Source: Candidatus Aceula lacicola (lineage in GTDB: Bacteria; Omnitrophota; Gorgyraeia; Zapsychrales; Aceulaceae). Taken from it: a stretch of 64,000 nt of DNA. The first letter of the stretch is position 1, and each line of letters starts with the position of its first letter. The translations under genes and the position numbers were made by a program. The stretch lies in assembly GCA_030765785.1 (NCBI GenBank), contig JAVCCC010000048.1, positions 872 to 64,871 on the forward strand, in the 5' to 3' direction. Under the pieces are notes generated by a model. The model was given only the letters and a program-made list of their open reading frames with translations, ran no database searches and had not been told where the DNA came from. Positions 50,502 to 60,041 of the stretch are shown here, piece by piece.

Positions 50502-51838
50502 GCTCTTTTGTTGCCAACACAAAAAACGATGTCCAGCAAATGCTGAAGGTCATTGGGGCTAAATCCATTGATGATCTTTTTTTGGATATCAAATCTCGCC
50601 ACCAACCAAAATCGTTTAACATTCCAAGCGGATTATCGGAGTTTGAGGTTCTTGAACGCGTTCGAGGCATTGCATCAAAGAATGATGCCCGGCTTGTTTC
50701 GTTTCTAGGGGCGGGATTCTATGATCACTATGTTCCAGAAGCAGTCACGGCACTTACGTCTCGGGCTGAATTTTATACAGCCTATACACCTTATCAGCCA
50801 GAAAGTTCTCAAGGTATTTTGCAAGCGCTATATGAATATCAAAGCATGATCGCAACTTTAACGAATATGGATGTCGTAAACGCTTCTCTTTATGATGGGG
50901 GAACAGCGCTTTATGAGGCGATGATGATGGCGATTCGTATTAATCGAAGAAAGAAGATTGTGATGGATGGAGGTGTTAGTCCGATTTATCGAAAAATTAT
51001 TCGCAGCTATACATCAAATCTTGATATTGAGTTTAAAGAAACACCTATTGTGCATGGACGCGCCGATAGAGAGGCGATTAAGAATATTTTAGATGACAAG
51101 ACATCAGCGATTATTTTGCAAAATCCAAACTTTTTTGGATCGATTGACGACCATACAGATATTATTAAACAAGCACATAAGCTAGGTATTTTAGTGATTG
51201 AAAGCGTCTATCCTATTTCATTGGGAATTTTGAAAACACCTGGTGAGATGGACGCCGATATTGTTACAGGAGAAGGCCAGAGTCTCGGGCTTTCGCTTAA
51301 TTTTGGAGGGCCCTATTTAGGGTTTATGGCCACAAAAGAAAAGTATATTCGAAAAATGCCAGGACGAATTGTTGGGCAAACAGAAGATAAGAATGGTCGA
51401 AGATGTTTCGTTAATACTTTGCAGGCGCGTGAACAGCATATCCGTCGAGAGAAGGCAACGTCAAATATTTGCACCAACGTGGCTTTATGTGCTATTCAGG
51501 CTGCGATTTTTATGTCTTTACTAGGAAAACAAGGCCTTAAAGATTTAGCACAGCTTAATCTTGATAAAGCAGAATTTGCGCGCAAAACATTGGAAAAAAT
51601 AGAAGGCGTTGAGGTTAAACGTTCTTCGCCAACGTTTAATGAATTTACGATCTGCTTGCCTAAAAAGGCTAAGGATGTTGTTGAAAAAATGGTGCAAAAA
51701 GGGTTTGCGGCAGGATTTCCTTTGTCACGATATTATCCTGAAATGGAGAATTATTTATTAGTGGCTGTTACGGAGAAAAGAACAAAAGATGAAATTGTTT
51801 TGTTTGCAAATAATCTTGAAGGAGCGCTATGCAGTTAA
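50498..51838 (+). CDS. gcvPA: Glycine dehydrogenase (decarboxylating) subunit 1.
   Basis: Split-type P protein N-terminal subunit, 446 aa, overlapping gcvH stop by 4 bp. Confidence 0.85.
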   Translation: MSSFVANTKNDVQQMLKVIGAKSIDDLFLDIKSRHQPKSFNIPSGLSEFEVLERVRGIASKNDARLVSFLGAGFYDHYVPEAVTALTSRAEFYTAYTPYQPESSQGILQALYEYQSMIATLTNMDVVNASLYDGGTALYEAMMMAIRINRRKKIVMDGGVSPIYRKIIRSYTSNLDIEFKETPIVHGRADREAIKNILDDKTSAIILQNPNFFGSIDDHTDIIKQAHKLGILVIESVYPISLGILKTPGEMDADIVTGEGQSLGLSLNFGGPYLGFMATKEKYIRKMPGRIVGQTEDKNGRRCFVNTLQAREQHIRREKATSNICTNVALCAIQAAIFMSLLGKQGLKDLAQLNLDKAEFARKTLEKIEGVEVKRSSPTFNEFTICLPKKAKDVVEKMVQKGFAAGFPLSRYYPEMENYLLVAVTEKRTKDEIVLFANNLEGALCS

Positions 51839-53277
51839 TTTTTGAAAAAAGTGTACCTGAACGCAAAGGATTTCAAGTTCCAAAATCCGACGTTTCTATG
51901 AAGGCAACTATTCCAGGTGCATATATAAGGAAGATAGATTGTCTTTGGCCAGAGGTTTCTGAGCTGGATGTTGTCCGCCATTTCACAAGACTTTCAAATT
52001 TGAATTATTCTTTGGATGCAAATTTTTATCCTTTGGGATCCTGCACTATGAAATATAATCCAAAGTTTACAGAAAAGGCTGCAAGCATTAAGGGGTTTGC
52101 CAATCTACATCCGGTGTTACCTCAGCTAGACGGGTCGCTTGTGCAGGGTGGTTTGGAAGTTCTTTTTGAGATGGATCAGCTTCTTTCGGAAATTACAGGA
52201 ATGGATAATTTTACGATGCAGCCTTTGGCAGGAGCACATGGAGAACTAACCGGCGTTATGTTAATGGCAGCATATCATCGCGCAAAAGGGAATAAGAAAA
52301 AATACATTATCATCCCAGATTCTGCCCATGGAACAAACCCTGCAAGCGCTACGATTGCTGGATACGACATTGTTTCAGTGCCGACAGATAAGAACGGTGT
52401 TTTAAGTTTAAAAGATTTTGAGGCAAAAATAACAGATGAATTGGCTGGCGTTATGCTGACATCGCCAAATACATTGGGGATATTTAATTCTAATATTGAT
52501 AAGATTGCAGATGCTGTTCATAAAGTCGATGGGCTGATGTATTATGATGGGGCAAATTTGAATGCACTTTTAGGTCGTGCACGACCAGGCGATTTAGGTT
52601 TTGATATTGTTCATATTAATTTGCACAAAACGTTTGCAACGCCACATGGTGGAGGGGGCCCAGGCGCAGGTCCTGTGGGTGTTAAAAAAAGTCTATCAAA
52701 GTTTTTGCCGATATCGAGAGTTATCAAAAAAGATGATCACACCTATGCCCTTGACTATAATTATCCAGAGTCCATTGGATACGTTGCGCCTTTTTACGGA
52801 AACTTCTCAGTTATTTTAAAAGCTTATGCTTATATCTTGATGCTGGGCAAGGAAGGATTAAGAGAAATCAGCGATCACGCTGTTTTAAACGCAAATTATA
52901 TTATGGCAAGATTAAAGAAATATTATGATCTTCCATTTGACCGCACATGCATGCACGAATGTGTTTTTTCAGCATCAAAACAAGAAAAAAATGGCGTGCA
53001 TGCGAATGATATTGCAAAATTTCTAATTGATAAGGGATTTCATCCTCCGACGGTATATTTTCCTCTTATTGTGAAAGAAGCTATTATGATTGAGCCAACC
53101 GAAACGGAATCTAAGCAAGAAATGGATCCATTTATTGAAGCCATGATTGAAGCGGCTCAACTATCGGAAAGCCATCCCGATCAATTCAAAGATTTTCCGA
53201 AAAACACACCCGTTTCTCGTCCAGATGAAGTTAAAGCAGCCAAAGACATCATTTGTAATCATTTTTTAAAGAAATAA
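51829..53277 (+). CDS. gcvPB: Glycine dehydrogenase (decarboxylating) subunit 2.
   Basis: Split-type P protein C-terminal subunit, 482 aa. PLP-lysine region HINLHKTFATPHGGGGPGAG. Confidence 0.85.
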   Translation: MQLIFEKSVPERKGFQVPKSDVSMKATIPGAYIRKIDCLWPEVSELDVVRHFTRLSNLNYSLDANFYPLGSCTMKYNPKFTEKAASIKGFANLHPVLPQLDGSLVQGGLEVLFEMDQLLSEITGMDNFTMQPLAGAHGELTGVMLMAAYHRAKGNKKKYIIIPDSAHGTNPASATIAGYDIVSVPTDKNGVLSLKDFEAKITDELAGVMLTSPNTLGIFNSNIDKIADAVHKVDGLMYYDGANLNALLGRARPGDLGFDIVHINLHKTFATPHGGGGPGAGPVGVKKSLSKFLPISRVIKKDDHTYALDYNYPESIGYVAPFYGNFSVILKAYAYILMLGKEGLREISDHAVLNANYIMARLKKYYDLPFDRTCMHECVFSASKQEKNGVHANDIAKFLIDKGFHPPTVYFPLIVKEAIMIEPTETESKQEMDPFIEAMIEAAQLSESHPDQFKDFPKNTPVSRPDEVKAAKDIICNHFLKK

Positions 53278-53279
53278 AA

Positions 53280-53999
53280 TTGATGCGCCTTAAAACCGTT
53301 TCGTTTTCAACCCCTAAAGAAAATATTTTGTTTGATGATGTTTTGCTTGAATTTGCTGAGCAACAGAAGGCACCAGAAACGTTGCGTTTTTGGGAGTCGA
53401 ATCAATTGTTTGTTGTTTTAGGGAAGACATCAAAAATTGAAGATGATGTTTTTGTAGAGCTGGCGCGAAAAGATAATGTTTCAATTTTGCGCAGAAGTTC
53501 TGGTGGAGGCACCGTGCTGCAGGGTCAGGGATGTCTTAATTTTTCGTTGATTTTATCAAAAAATTATCACCCAGACCTTCAGACAATTAGGCGATCGTAT
53601 CAATTTATTTTAAGGAAAATCGTTGTCGCACTAGGCAGTCTCGGGGTCTTGGCTGAATGGCGATCAATATCTGATATTGTACTAAAAAACACAGATCAGA
53701 AGATTTCAGGCAATGCGCAAAAAAGGGCAAAAAATTTTATTTTGCATCATGGAACAATTCTTTACGATTTTAATCTTTCACTAATTGAGAAATATCTAAA
53801 AATGCCTAAAGTTTATCCTGATTACCGCGCAAATCGATCACACGCAGATTTTGTCTCAAGTGTCCAGATCAGGTGCGATGATATCCAGAGAGCGATTGCT
53901 GAACAATTTTCAATTTCTTTAAAGGAAGAGGATTTAAGTGTTGACGAGGAATATCACTTGAAGGAGCTTTGCAAGAAACGTTTGGAATGCATTTTATAG
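53280..53999 (+). CDS. Lipoate-protein ligase / octanoyltransferase catalytic-domain protein (LplA/LipM-like).
   Basis: BPL/LPL catalytic domain with RRSSGGGTV and ...GNAQKR... lysine motif. Sits directly after the gcv operon, consistent with GcvH lipoylation. Confidence 0.6.
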   Translation: MMRLKTVSFSTPKENILFDDVLLEFAEQQKAPETLRFWESNQLFVVLGKTSKIEDDVFVELARKDNVSILRRSSGGGTVLQGQGCLNFSLILSKNYHPDLQTIRRSYQFILRKIVVALGSLGVLAEWRSISDIVLKNTDQKISGNAQKRAKNFILHHGTILYDFNLSLIEKYLKMPKVYPDYRANRSHADFVSSVQIRCDDIQRAIAEQFSISLKEEDLSVDEEYHLKELCKKRLECIL

Positions 54000-54043
54000 T
54001 GAATTTTTTGTTTAAGATATGTTTTAAGAGCTCGTTTAAGATG

Positions 54044-54071
54044 TTGACAAGATTGATGTAAATTATATAAT
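54044..54071 (+). promoter_or_regulatory. Consensus sigma70 promoter (TTGACA, 16-nt spacer, TATAAT) upstream of the EF-hand protein gene.
   Basis: ttgaca at 54044-54049 and tataat at 54066-54071. A second TTGACA lies at 54083. An SD gggagag precedes the ATG at 54119. Confidence 0.45.
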
Positions 54072-54118
54072 AGCAATAGGATTGACAGGTAAACTTTTTT
54101 ATTCTTTAGGGAGAGCTT

Positions 54119-54520
54119 ATGAGACGGAAATTTATTATTTTGACATCACTCTGTATTTTTGCGCTCATGTTCTGCTTTGATTGTTTTGCTGGCTTGATTG
54201 ATTGGGAACGGCGTAATCGTTATCTTAAAGACAAGCAGCAAGAGTTAGGGTCTGAGGGTGTTCTTAGTGAGGATGCGCTTCCGGAGTGGATGAGGAAAGA
54301 GCCAAGGGTTAAGACGAAAGATGAAAAGCGACATGATATCAATCGTGATGGAAAGCTTCAGCCTGCAGAATCCAAAGTTTATTTAAGGCGTGTTATTCGA
54401 AAAGTAGAAAATGGAGGCAAGGTGGTATCGACATCCGAAATTCTTAAAGAATATGATAAGAATAAAGATGGTGTTATAACTCAGACTGAAGTTATTGAAA
54501 TAAGAGGGGATGTGTTTTAA
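54119..54520 (+). CDS. Small secreted protein with two EF-hand-type calcium-binding loops.
   Basis: Signal peptide ILTSLCIFALMFCFDCFA. Two loops fitting DxNxDGxIxxxE: DINRDGKLQPAE and DKNKDGVITQTE. Confidence 0.5.
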   Translation: MRRKFIILTSLCIFALMFCFDCFAGLIDWERRNRYLKDKQQELGSEGVLSEDALPEWMRKEPRVKTKDEKRHDINRDGKLQPAESKVYLRRVIRKVENGGKVVSTSEILKEYDKNKDGVITQTEVIEIRGDVF

Positions 54521-54549
54521 GAAATATTTTAAATTAAAGAGAATTCTAA

Positions 54550-54580
54550 CTCGCTTAATTATTTTTAAGCGAGTTTTTTA
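54550..54580 (+). terminator. Rho-independent terminator after the EF-hand protein gene.
   Basis: Perfect 9-bp stem ctcgcttaa/ttaagcgag, 6-nt loop, then tttttt. Confidence 0.6.
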
Positions 54581-54640
54581 TTGTGTTTAAAAAATTTGCA
54601 AAATCGATATATAAGTATATATATATGCTATAATATCCTC

Positions 54641-55909
54641 ATGAAAAATAAAAGGGTCAGTTTATTTTTAGGTTTTTCCTTTCTTTTTTTATTATTTGTT
54701 GTAAATCTTTCCGCGAAGACACTTCCAGGCCAGAATTCAGAAGAATACAAAACTTATCGAAGCTATCTAGATTTTTTTGAAGAAATTTATGAGACGATGG
54801 AGCAAAATTATTACTATCCTGTCAAACGAGAAGATTTTGAGCGTTTTATTGATAAATTTGATGAGGAAATTTATGGCAAATTAGAGCAAAAACAATTATT
54901 TGATGAATTTGTCAATGTACGTTCTGGCGCCTTGGTCGTTGATTTTTTAAAGACAAAAGAAGATATTTTTTCGAGGTTATATCCATCGCAGGTTGTTGAT
55001 GATTTTAAGGAGGAGGTTCTGGGAAAAAGGTCGGATCTTGGCATTGAGGGCCAGCTTATTGATGGTGAGTATAGAGTTAGTTTTATTGAACTAAGATCAG
55101 ATGCTTATGCTAAGGGTCTTAGGGAGAATGATATTGTCATTGCTATAGATAGAACAAAGGTTTCTGAATTGACACAAGATGAGATTGTTGAGAAATTGAC
55201 ACCTGAGATTGATTTGGTTGTAAAGATTGTTTATGTGAACAGTGAGAGCCAAAAGAAAAAAACAGTCTCGGTTAAGGCTCAAGAATATTTTAAGCAAACG
55301 GTATTTCCCGTCATGATTCATATCCCTGATGTGTATTGCTTTCAAATTCAGCGTTTTAATCGTAAAACGTCAGAGGATTTATCTCGCTATTTACTCGTCA
55401 TGAATCAGCAGGGTCCCACGGCGTTAGTTTTGGATTTGCGGGGAAATCCTGGGGGACCTCCTTTGGCCGCGCGTGAAATTGCGTCATTCTTTTTGACGCC
55501 GGGTGATGAATTTGCTTATTTTCAACACAAAGGGGACGAGAAAAATGTTTTGGATGTTCCCAGGATTCCAGATCAATATCTTTATCGTGGTCCTATTGCG
55601 ATTTTGATCGATAAGGAAAGCGGAAGTGCATCTGAGCTTTTTTCTGGTATTATGCAAAAACAAAATCGGGCGCTTTTATTTGGTAGTCGAACCGCGGGTC
55701 AGGTTTTTTTAAAAAGTATGTTTAATCTTGAGAATGAATCGATGCTTGTCTTGGTAACGGCTAGAGGTCATTTTCCTGATGGAGATATTTTTAAATTTGA
55801 AGGCCTTATTCCACAGTTTTATGTTGATGATACGGGATCGGACCTTGTTTATTTTGCTGCTGGTTTTTTGACGGCTGCACTTAGACAAAACAAAATGGAT
55901 GTAAAATAG
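54641..55909 (+). CDS. S41-family C-terminal processing (tail-specific) peptidase. Start set at MKNKRVSL, downstream of an extended -10 tgctataat.
   Basis: Signal peptide, PDZ-like segment, S41 signature LDLRGNPGGP and a downstream catalytic region. Confidence 0.6.
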   Translation: MKNKRVSLFLGFSFLFLLFVVNLSAKTLPGQNSEEYKTYRSYLDFFEEIYETMEQNYYYPVKREDFERFIDKFDEEIYGKLEQKQLFDEFVNVRSGALVVDFLKTKEDIFSRLYPSQVVDDFKEEVLGKRSDLGIEGQLIDGEYRVSFIELRSDAYAKGLRENDIVIAIDRTKVSELTQDEIVEKLTPEIDLVVKIVYVNSESQKKKTVSVKAQEYFKQTVFPVMIHIPDVYCFQIQRFNRKTSEDLSRYLLVMNQQGPTALVLDLRGNPGGPPLAAREIASFFLTPGDEFAYFQHKGDEKNVLDVPRIPDQYLYRGPIAILIDKESGSASELFSGIMQKQNRALLFGSRTAGQVFLKSMFNLENESMLVLVTARGHFPDGDIFKFEGLIPQFYVDDTGSDLVYFAAGFLTAALRQNKMDVK

Positions 55910-55919
55910 AGGTGCAAGA

Positions 55920-56288
55920 ATGCTTATTATTTTTTTAAAGTTATTTCTAATGCAGATCGTTGTTGGTGCTGTTGTTGTCTTTATTCTCAAGAAAGTGCTG
56001 GATCATCAGCTTGTAGAGCTAGCCATCAAAACGTTTAAGAATGCAAAGCTTGAGCCAGATGACTTAAAGCTTGGAAGTATTCTTGCCAGTTCTCCGGGTA
56101 GTGTATCAAAAAAGATTCAAGATCGTGTTTCTCAAGTAGCTGAGAAAAAATTTGGTCGACCAATGTCCATTGTCATAAAAAAAGACAAAAATCTTAAAGG
56201 TGGATTGATTATTTATTTGAATAGTTCGATTATTGATTATAGTTTAGTAGGGCGCCTGAAAGAGGGCGGAATTATTAGAAAAATATGA
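55920..56288 (+). CDS. Small membrane-anchored hypothetical protein.
   Basis: 122 aa, N-terminal TM (IVVGAVVVFIL), charged C-terminal domain. No confident family assignment. Confidence 0.3.
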   Translation: MLIIFLKLFLMQIVVGAVVVFILKKVLDHQLVELAIKTFKNAKLEPDDLKLGSILASSPGSVSKKIQDRVSQVAEKKFGRPMSIVIKKDKNLKGGLIIYLNSSIIDYSLVGRLKEGGIIRKI

Positions 56289-57010
56289 ATTCAAAAGTCT
56301 TAGTTATTATTCCAGCGTTTAACGAAAGTGATAACATTGTTCACGTTATTGAGAATATAGAATCATCTGGGTTTGCTTGTGAGATTTTAGTGGTGGATGA
56401 TGGGTCTTGTGACGACACCTCTTCGGTCGCGCGATCGTGTGGCGTTGGGGTTGTTCGTTTGCCATTCAATTTGGGTATTGGTGGGGCCGTGCAAACTGGG
56501 TTTTTGTATGCGGCTCGATACGGATTTGATATTGCCATTCAATTTGACGGTGATGGGCAGCACGATGCTCAGTTTTTCAATAAGCTCATTGAGCCAATTG
56601 TCGCTGATCAAGCGGATGTGGTCGTTGGTAGTCGATTTTTACCACCAAATTTGGGATATCAATCTTCGTGGATCAGGCGCATTGGAATTCATTTCTTTTC
56701 ATGGTTGATTAGTTTTCTGACAGGCATGACAATAACTGATCCAACTTCCGGGTTTCGCGCCTGCGGCCGAAAGGTGATTAAAGTTTTTGCTTACGATTAT
56801 CCTTTAGACTTTCCGGAGCCAGAATCGATCATAGAGGTCAAGAAAACTGGAGCACGCATTGTTGAGATCCCCGTTCAAATGAAAGAGCGAATTTCAGGGC
56901 ATTCTTCCATTCGATACTTAAAAACTTTGTATTACATGGTTAAGGTTACATTTGCAATTTTATTGCGTATCATTCAAACTAAAAAACAGGTAGGTGATCA
57001 TGATGATTAA
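56285..57010 (+). CDS. GT2 glycosyltransferase, DPM1/GtrB-like, soluble catalytic domain.
   Basis: VIIPAFNESDNI, VVDDGSCDDT, DxD-containing GT-A fold. Confidence 0.7.
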   Translation: MNSKVLVIIPAFNESDNIVHVIENIESSGFACEILVVDDGSCDDTSSVARSCGVGVVRLPFNLGIGGAVQTGFLYAARYGFDIAIQFDGDGQHDAQFFNKLIEPIVADQADVVVGSRFLPPNLGYQSSWIRRIGIHFFSWLISFLTGMTITDPTSGFRACGRKVIKVFAYDYPLDFPEPESIIEVKKTGARIVEIPVQMKERISGHSSIRYLKTLYYMVKVTFAILLRIIQTKKQVGDHDD

Positions 57011-57344
57011 AACATTAACTTTTTTCTTATCAATTATAATCCTTTTTGTTATTATTGATTTTTCTCGGCGCGGAAAGCTGACATTCAAATATGCGATCGG
57101 TTGGCTTTGCTTAGGTGTTCTAGGTATTTTATTTACGGTATTTGACCAGCTTCTTTTTTCCCTATCGGATTTTTGTGGGTTTGCATTGATGAGTAATTTT
57201 ATTTTCTTCTCATTGTTTTGTTTTTTTGTTTTTTCAAGTCTTCTTTTATCAACGTTTTTATGTCAGCAGAATAAGCGAAATGATATCATGGCGCAAAAAA
57301 TTGCTTTGTTGGAAAAAGAAATAAAAACACTTAAAGGGGAATAG
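56994..57344 (+). CDS. Small membrane protein with DUF2304-like architecture.
   Basis: 116 aa, 3-4 TM helices then a short coiled C-terminus (KIALLEKEIKTLKGE). Overlaps the upstream GT2 stop. Confidence 0.4.
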   Translation: MIMMIKTLTFFLSIIILFVIIDFSRRGKLTFKYAIGWLCLGVLGILFTVFDQLLFSLSDFCGFALMSNFIFFSLFCFFVFSSLLLSTFLCQQNKRNDIMAQKIALLEKEIKTLKGE

Positions 57345-57348
57345 CTTT

Positions 57349-58341
57349 ATGTCAGATGGATTAGTCTCTATTGTCATTCCTGCCTATAACGCACAGAAAA
57401 CACTAGGGCTAACGCTCCAAGCTGTTTTAAATCAGACATATCATGGGCCAAAAGAAATCATTGTGGTGGACGATGGTTCGACAGACAAGACGACAGATTT
57501 TGTTAAGTTATACAAGGATGTTGTTTACATTCACCAAAAAAATGCAGGTCCAGCAACGGCGCGCAATAGAGGCTTTTCGGCATCCAAGGGCGAATTTGTT
57601 TTTTTTACGGATTCGGATTGCATTCCAAAGTCGGACTGGATTGAAAAATCGCTTGCTGGATTTTTAGACTCTTCGACAGGCGTTGTTTGCGGTAGCTATG
57701 GAATTGCTGATTCTGAAAGCTTGCTTGCCCGATGTATTCATAAGGAGATTGTTTTCAGGCACCATCATCTGATGCGAGTGTTTCCAAAGTCCTTTGGTGG
57801 TTATAACTTTTGCGTCAGAAGAAATATTTTTGAGGCGGCTGGCGGTTTTGATGCAAGTTATCGAAATGCAAGCGGGGAGGACAACAATTTAAGCTATAAG
57901 ATTCTAGAGCTTGGATCAAAGATTTATTTTGAGCCGAAATCGTCGGTCGATCATTTTTTTCCAACGTCAATCAAGAAATATTTGCTTGAACAATTTCGAC
58001 ATGGATTTTGGCGCGTTAAGATTTATCTCGATCATCCTCTGATGACCAAAGGCGACGATTACACTTTTTGGAAAGATATCGTTGAGCCTCCTGTTGTCTT
58101 TGGTTTGTTCTTTCTTTTCGTTGCTGGGCTATTTGGCCTTAATGCTGATCTCGCGATCCGCATGATTGTCTTTGGGCTTTTGGCCTTAGAGCTTTTTTTT
58201 GGAATGTGGATGACCAGAAGCTTTAAAGAGGGAGTCTTCTTTGGCCTTGTTCTATTCTTTAGAGCATTTTTAAGAAGCCTTGGATTTGCTTGCGGAATGA
58301 CACATTTTACTCTCCAGAAAGTGTTTCAAAAAGAACAATAA
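57349..58341 (+). CDS. GT2 glycosyltransferase with a C-terminal multi-TM region.
   Basis: SIVIPAYNAQKTL, VVDDGSTDKT, TDSDC (DxD), GGYNF; C-terminal hydrophobic helices. Confidence 0.7.
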   Translation: MSDGLVSIVIPAYNAQKTLGLTLQAVLNQTYHGPKEIIVVDDGSTDKTTDFVKLYKDVVYIHQKNAGPATARNRGFSASKGEFVFFTDSDCIPKSDWIEKSLAGFLDSSTGVVCGSYGIADSESLLARCIHKEIVFRHHHLMRVFPKSFGGYNFCVRRNIFEAAGGFDASYRNASGEDNNLSYKILELGSKIYFEPKSSVDHFFPTSIKKYLLEQFRHGFWRVKIYLDHPLMTKGDDYTFWKDIVEPPVVFGLFFLFVAGLFGLNADLAIRMIVFGLLALELFFGMWMTRSFKEGVFFGLVLFFRAFLRSLGFACGMTHFTLQKVFQKEQ

Positions 58342-58431
58342 GTGCTTGCAAGATTAGGCACTTATGATAAGATTAGCGTATAAAGAATATAAATCTTGTT
58401 AAATCTACTTAACTTATTATATTAGCGTCCT

Positions 58432-59310
58432 ATGGCTTACCATACATTACTTGGATTTAAAAAAGAACCTTTTTCTACGAGTCCAGACCCGCAGTTTTTC
58501 TATCTTACTAAAGAACATGACATGGCATTAACAAGTATCCTGATTGAACTTCGATTAAGGCGAGGCCTGACCGTTATTCTTGGTGATATCGGAACGGGAA
58601 AAACAACCCTTTCTCGAAAGCTTGTCCAAGAGCTAAAAGATCGTGGCAATATGATTTTCCACATGATTTTAAATCCAGATTTTGAAACAGAGGAGCAATT
58701 CCTAACAACACTTTTACGTAATTTTGATGTTGAGCTGACCGATGAATCAATGTCGGACATGGCAAATATTTTAGAGCTACGCGATTCTGTTGAAAAATTC
58801 TTAATCCAAAAAGCTGAAGAAAAACAAACCATTATTTTGATTGTTGACGAAGCGCAAAAGTTAAATTTAGTCACGCTTGAAGTTTTGCGTGTTTTGCTAA
58901 ATTTTGAGACGAATGAATATAAATTAATTCAGCTTGTTCTTTTAGGGCAGCTTGAACTTTATTCAAAAATTGTTTCCATGCCAAACTTCATTGACCGCGT
59001 AAGCTTTAAATATACGCTCAATCCTCTTGATATAGACGAGACCAAAGCGCTCATTCAGTATCGCATCCGGCAGGCTGGATATGAGGGGCATATGCAGCTT
59101 TTCAATGATGATGCGGTGAGTGAGATTTATAACTATTCGCGAGGGTATCCAAGACACATTACGATGCTTTGCCATAAAGTTTTAAAGGAATTGATTTTGC
59201 AAAATCGCGAAGCAGTTGACAGAGATATCGTTTTAAATGTTTTAGAAAAAGAGCGTCGTGTCGGATGGGGACGTGCGGAATCTTTTAGGCGAGGAAATCC
59301 GACATTTTAA
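58432..59310 (+). CDS. ExeA/GspA-like AAA+ ATPase.
   Basis: Walker A LGDIGTGKTTL, Walker B IILIVDEAQ, overall ExeA-like N-domain. Confidence 0.6.
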   Translation: MAYHTLLGFKKEPFSTSPDPQFFYLTKEHDMALTSILIELRLRRGLTVILGDIGTGKTTLSRKLVQELKDRGNMIFHMILNPDFETEEQFLTTLLRNFDVELTDESMSDMANILELRDSVEKFLIQKAEEKQTIILIVDEAQKLNLVTLEVLRVLLNFETNEYKLIQLVLLGQLELYSKIVSMPNFIDRVSFKYTLNPLDIDETKALIQYRIRQAGYEGHMQLFNDDAVSEIYNYSRGYPRHITMLCHKVLKELILQNREAVDRDIVLNVLEKERRVGWGRAESFRRGNPTF

Positions 59311-59330
59311 CATAAAAGCATAGAACAAAA

Positions 59331-60041
59331 ATGGCTAAAAAAGAAACCGCAGAACAAAAGCTTTTAAAAATTATCGAAGGCGATTCGGAGACACCGGAAC
59401 AATCTTCGGGTGAACAAACGTCTGATCAATCACAGCAAGTCGCTCAAGAGGTTGCCTCTGCTGTTAAAGGGACTGGCGTTTCAGCGCCACCTATTTTTTC
59501 TGCTGTTTTAGATAGAATGAGGGATTTGCAGATTCCCATTCCTAGTTTAAAATCGCTTGGCCTCAGAGAGGCTAATTTTGTGCTGATGGTTATGATTATT
59601 TTTTCTGTTTTAATCTTAGGTTCCGTGTATCAATCGGAAACAAAAAATATGTCGAATAATTTAAATTTTGTCGAAGATGTGATAAAGCCAAAAATTGCAA
59701 AAGCCGTAAGCATCATGCCAGAGTATCAAAATCTAGCATCGTTTTTAGAAACAATTTTAACGCGTAATATTTTTAGGCCTTACGAAGAAAAGGAATCCGA
59801 GGTAGCGAACGGGATTCCACTTGGAACGCAAAAGATTGCATTAAAATTGGAAAAGTTAAAGTTGGTCGGAATCTCTTGGCTTGATATGCCAAATTCGGCA
59901 TCAGCCATGGTTGAGAACGCTGACGGGATGACGTATTTTCTGAAAGAAGGGGAAAATATTAATCAAGTAACGATTAAAGCCATTTATGCTGATCGTGTTG
60001 TTTTTAGCTTTGAAGATCAAGAAATGGAAATTCGTCTATGA
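59331..60041 (+). CDS. Hypothetical bitopic membrane protein.
   Basis: 236 aa. Acidic/Gln-rich N-terminus, one TM (FVLMVMIIFSVLILGSV), periplasmic C-domain. Overlaps the secretin gene start. Confidence 0.3.
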   Translation: MAKKETAEQKLLKIIEGDSETPEQSSGEQTSDQSQQVAQEVASAVKGTGVSAPPIFSAVLDRMRDLQIPIPSLKSLGLREANFVLMVMIIFSVLILGSVYQSETKNMSNNLNFVEDVIKPKIAKAVSIMPEYQNLASFLETILTRNIFRPYEEKESEVANGIPLGTQKIALKLEKLKLVGISWLDMPNSASAMVENADGMTYFLKEGENINQVTIKAIYADRVVFSFEDQEMEIRL

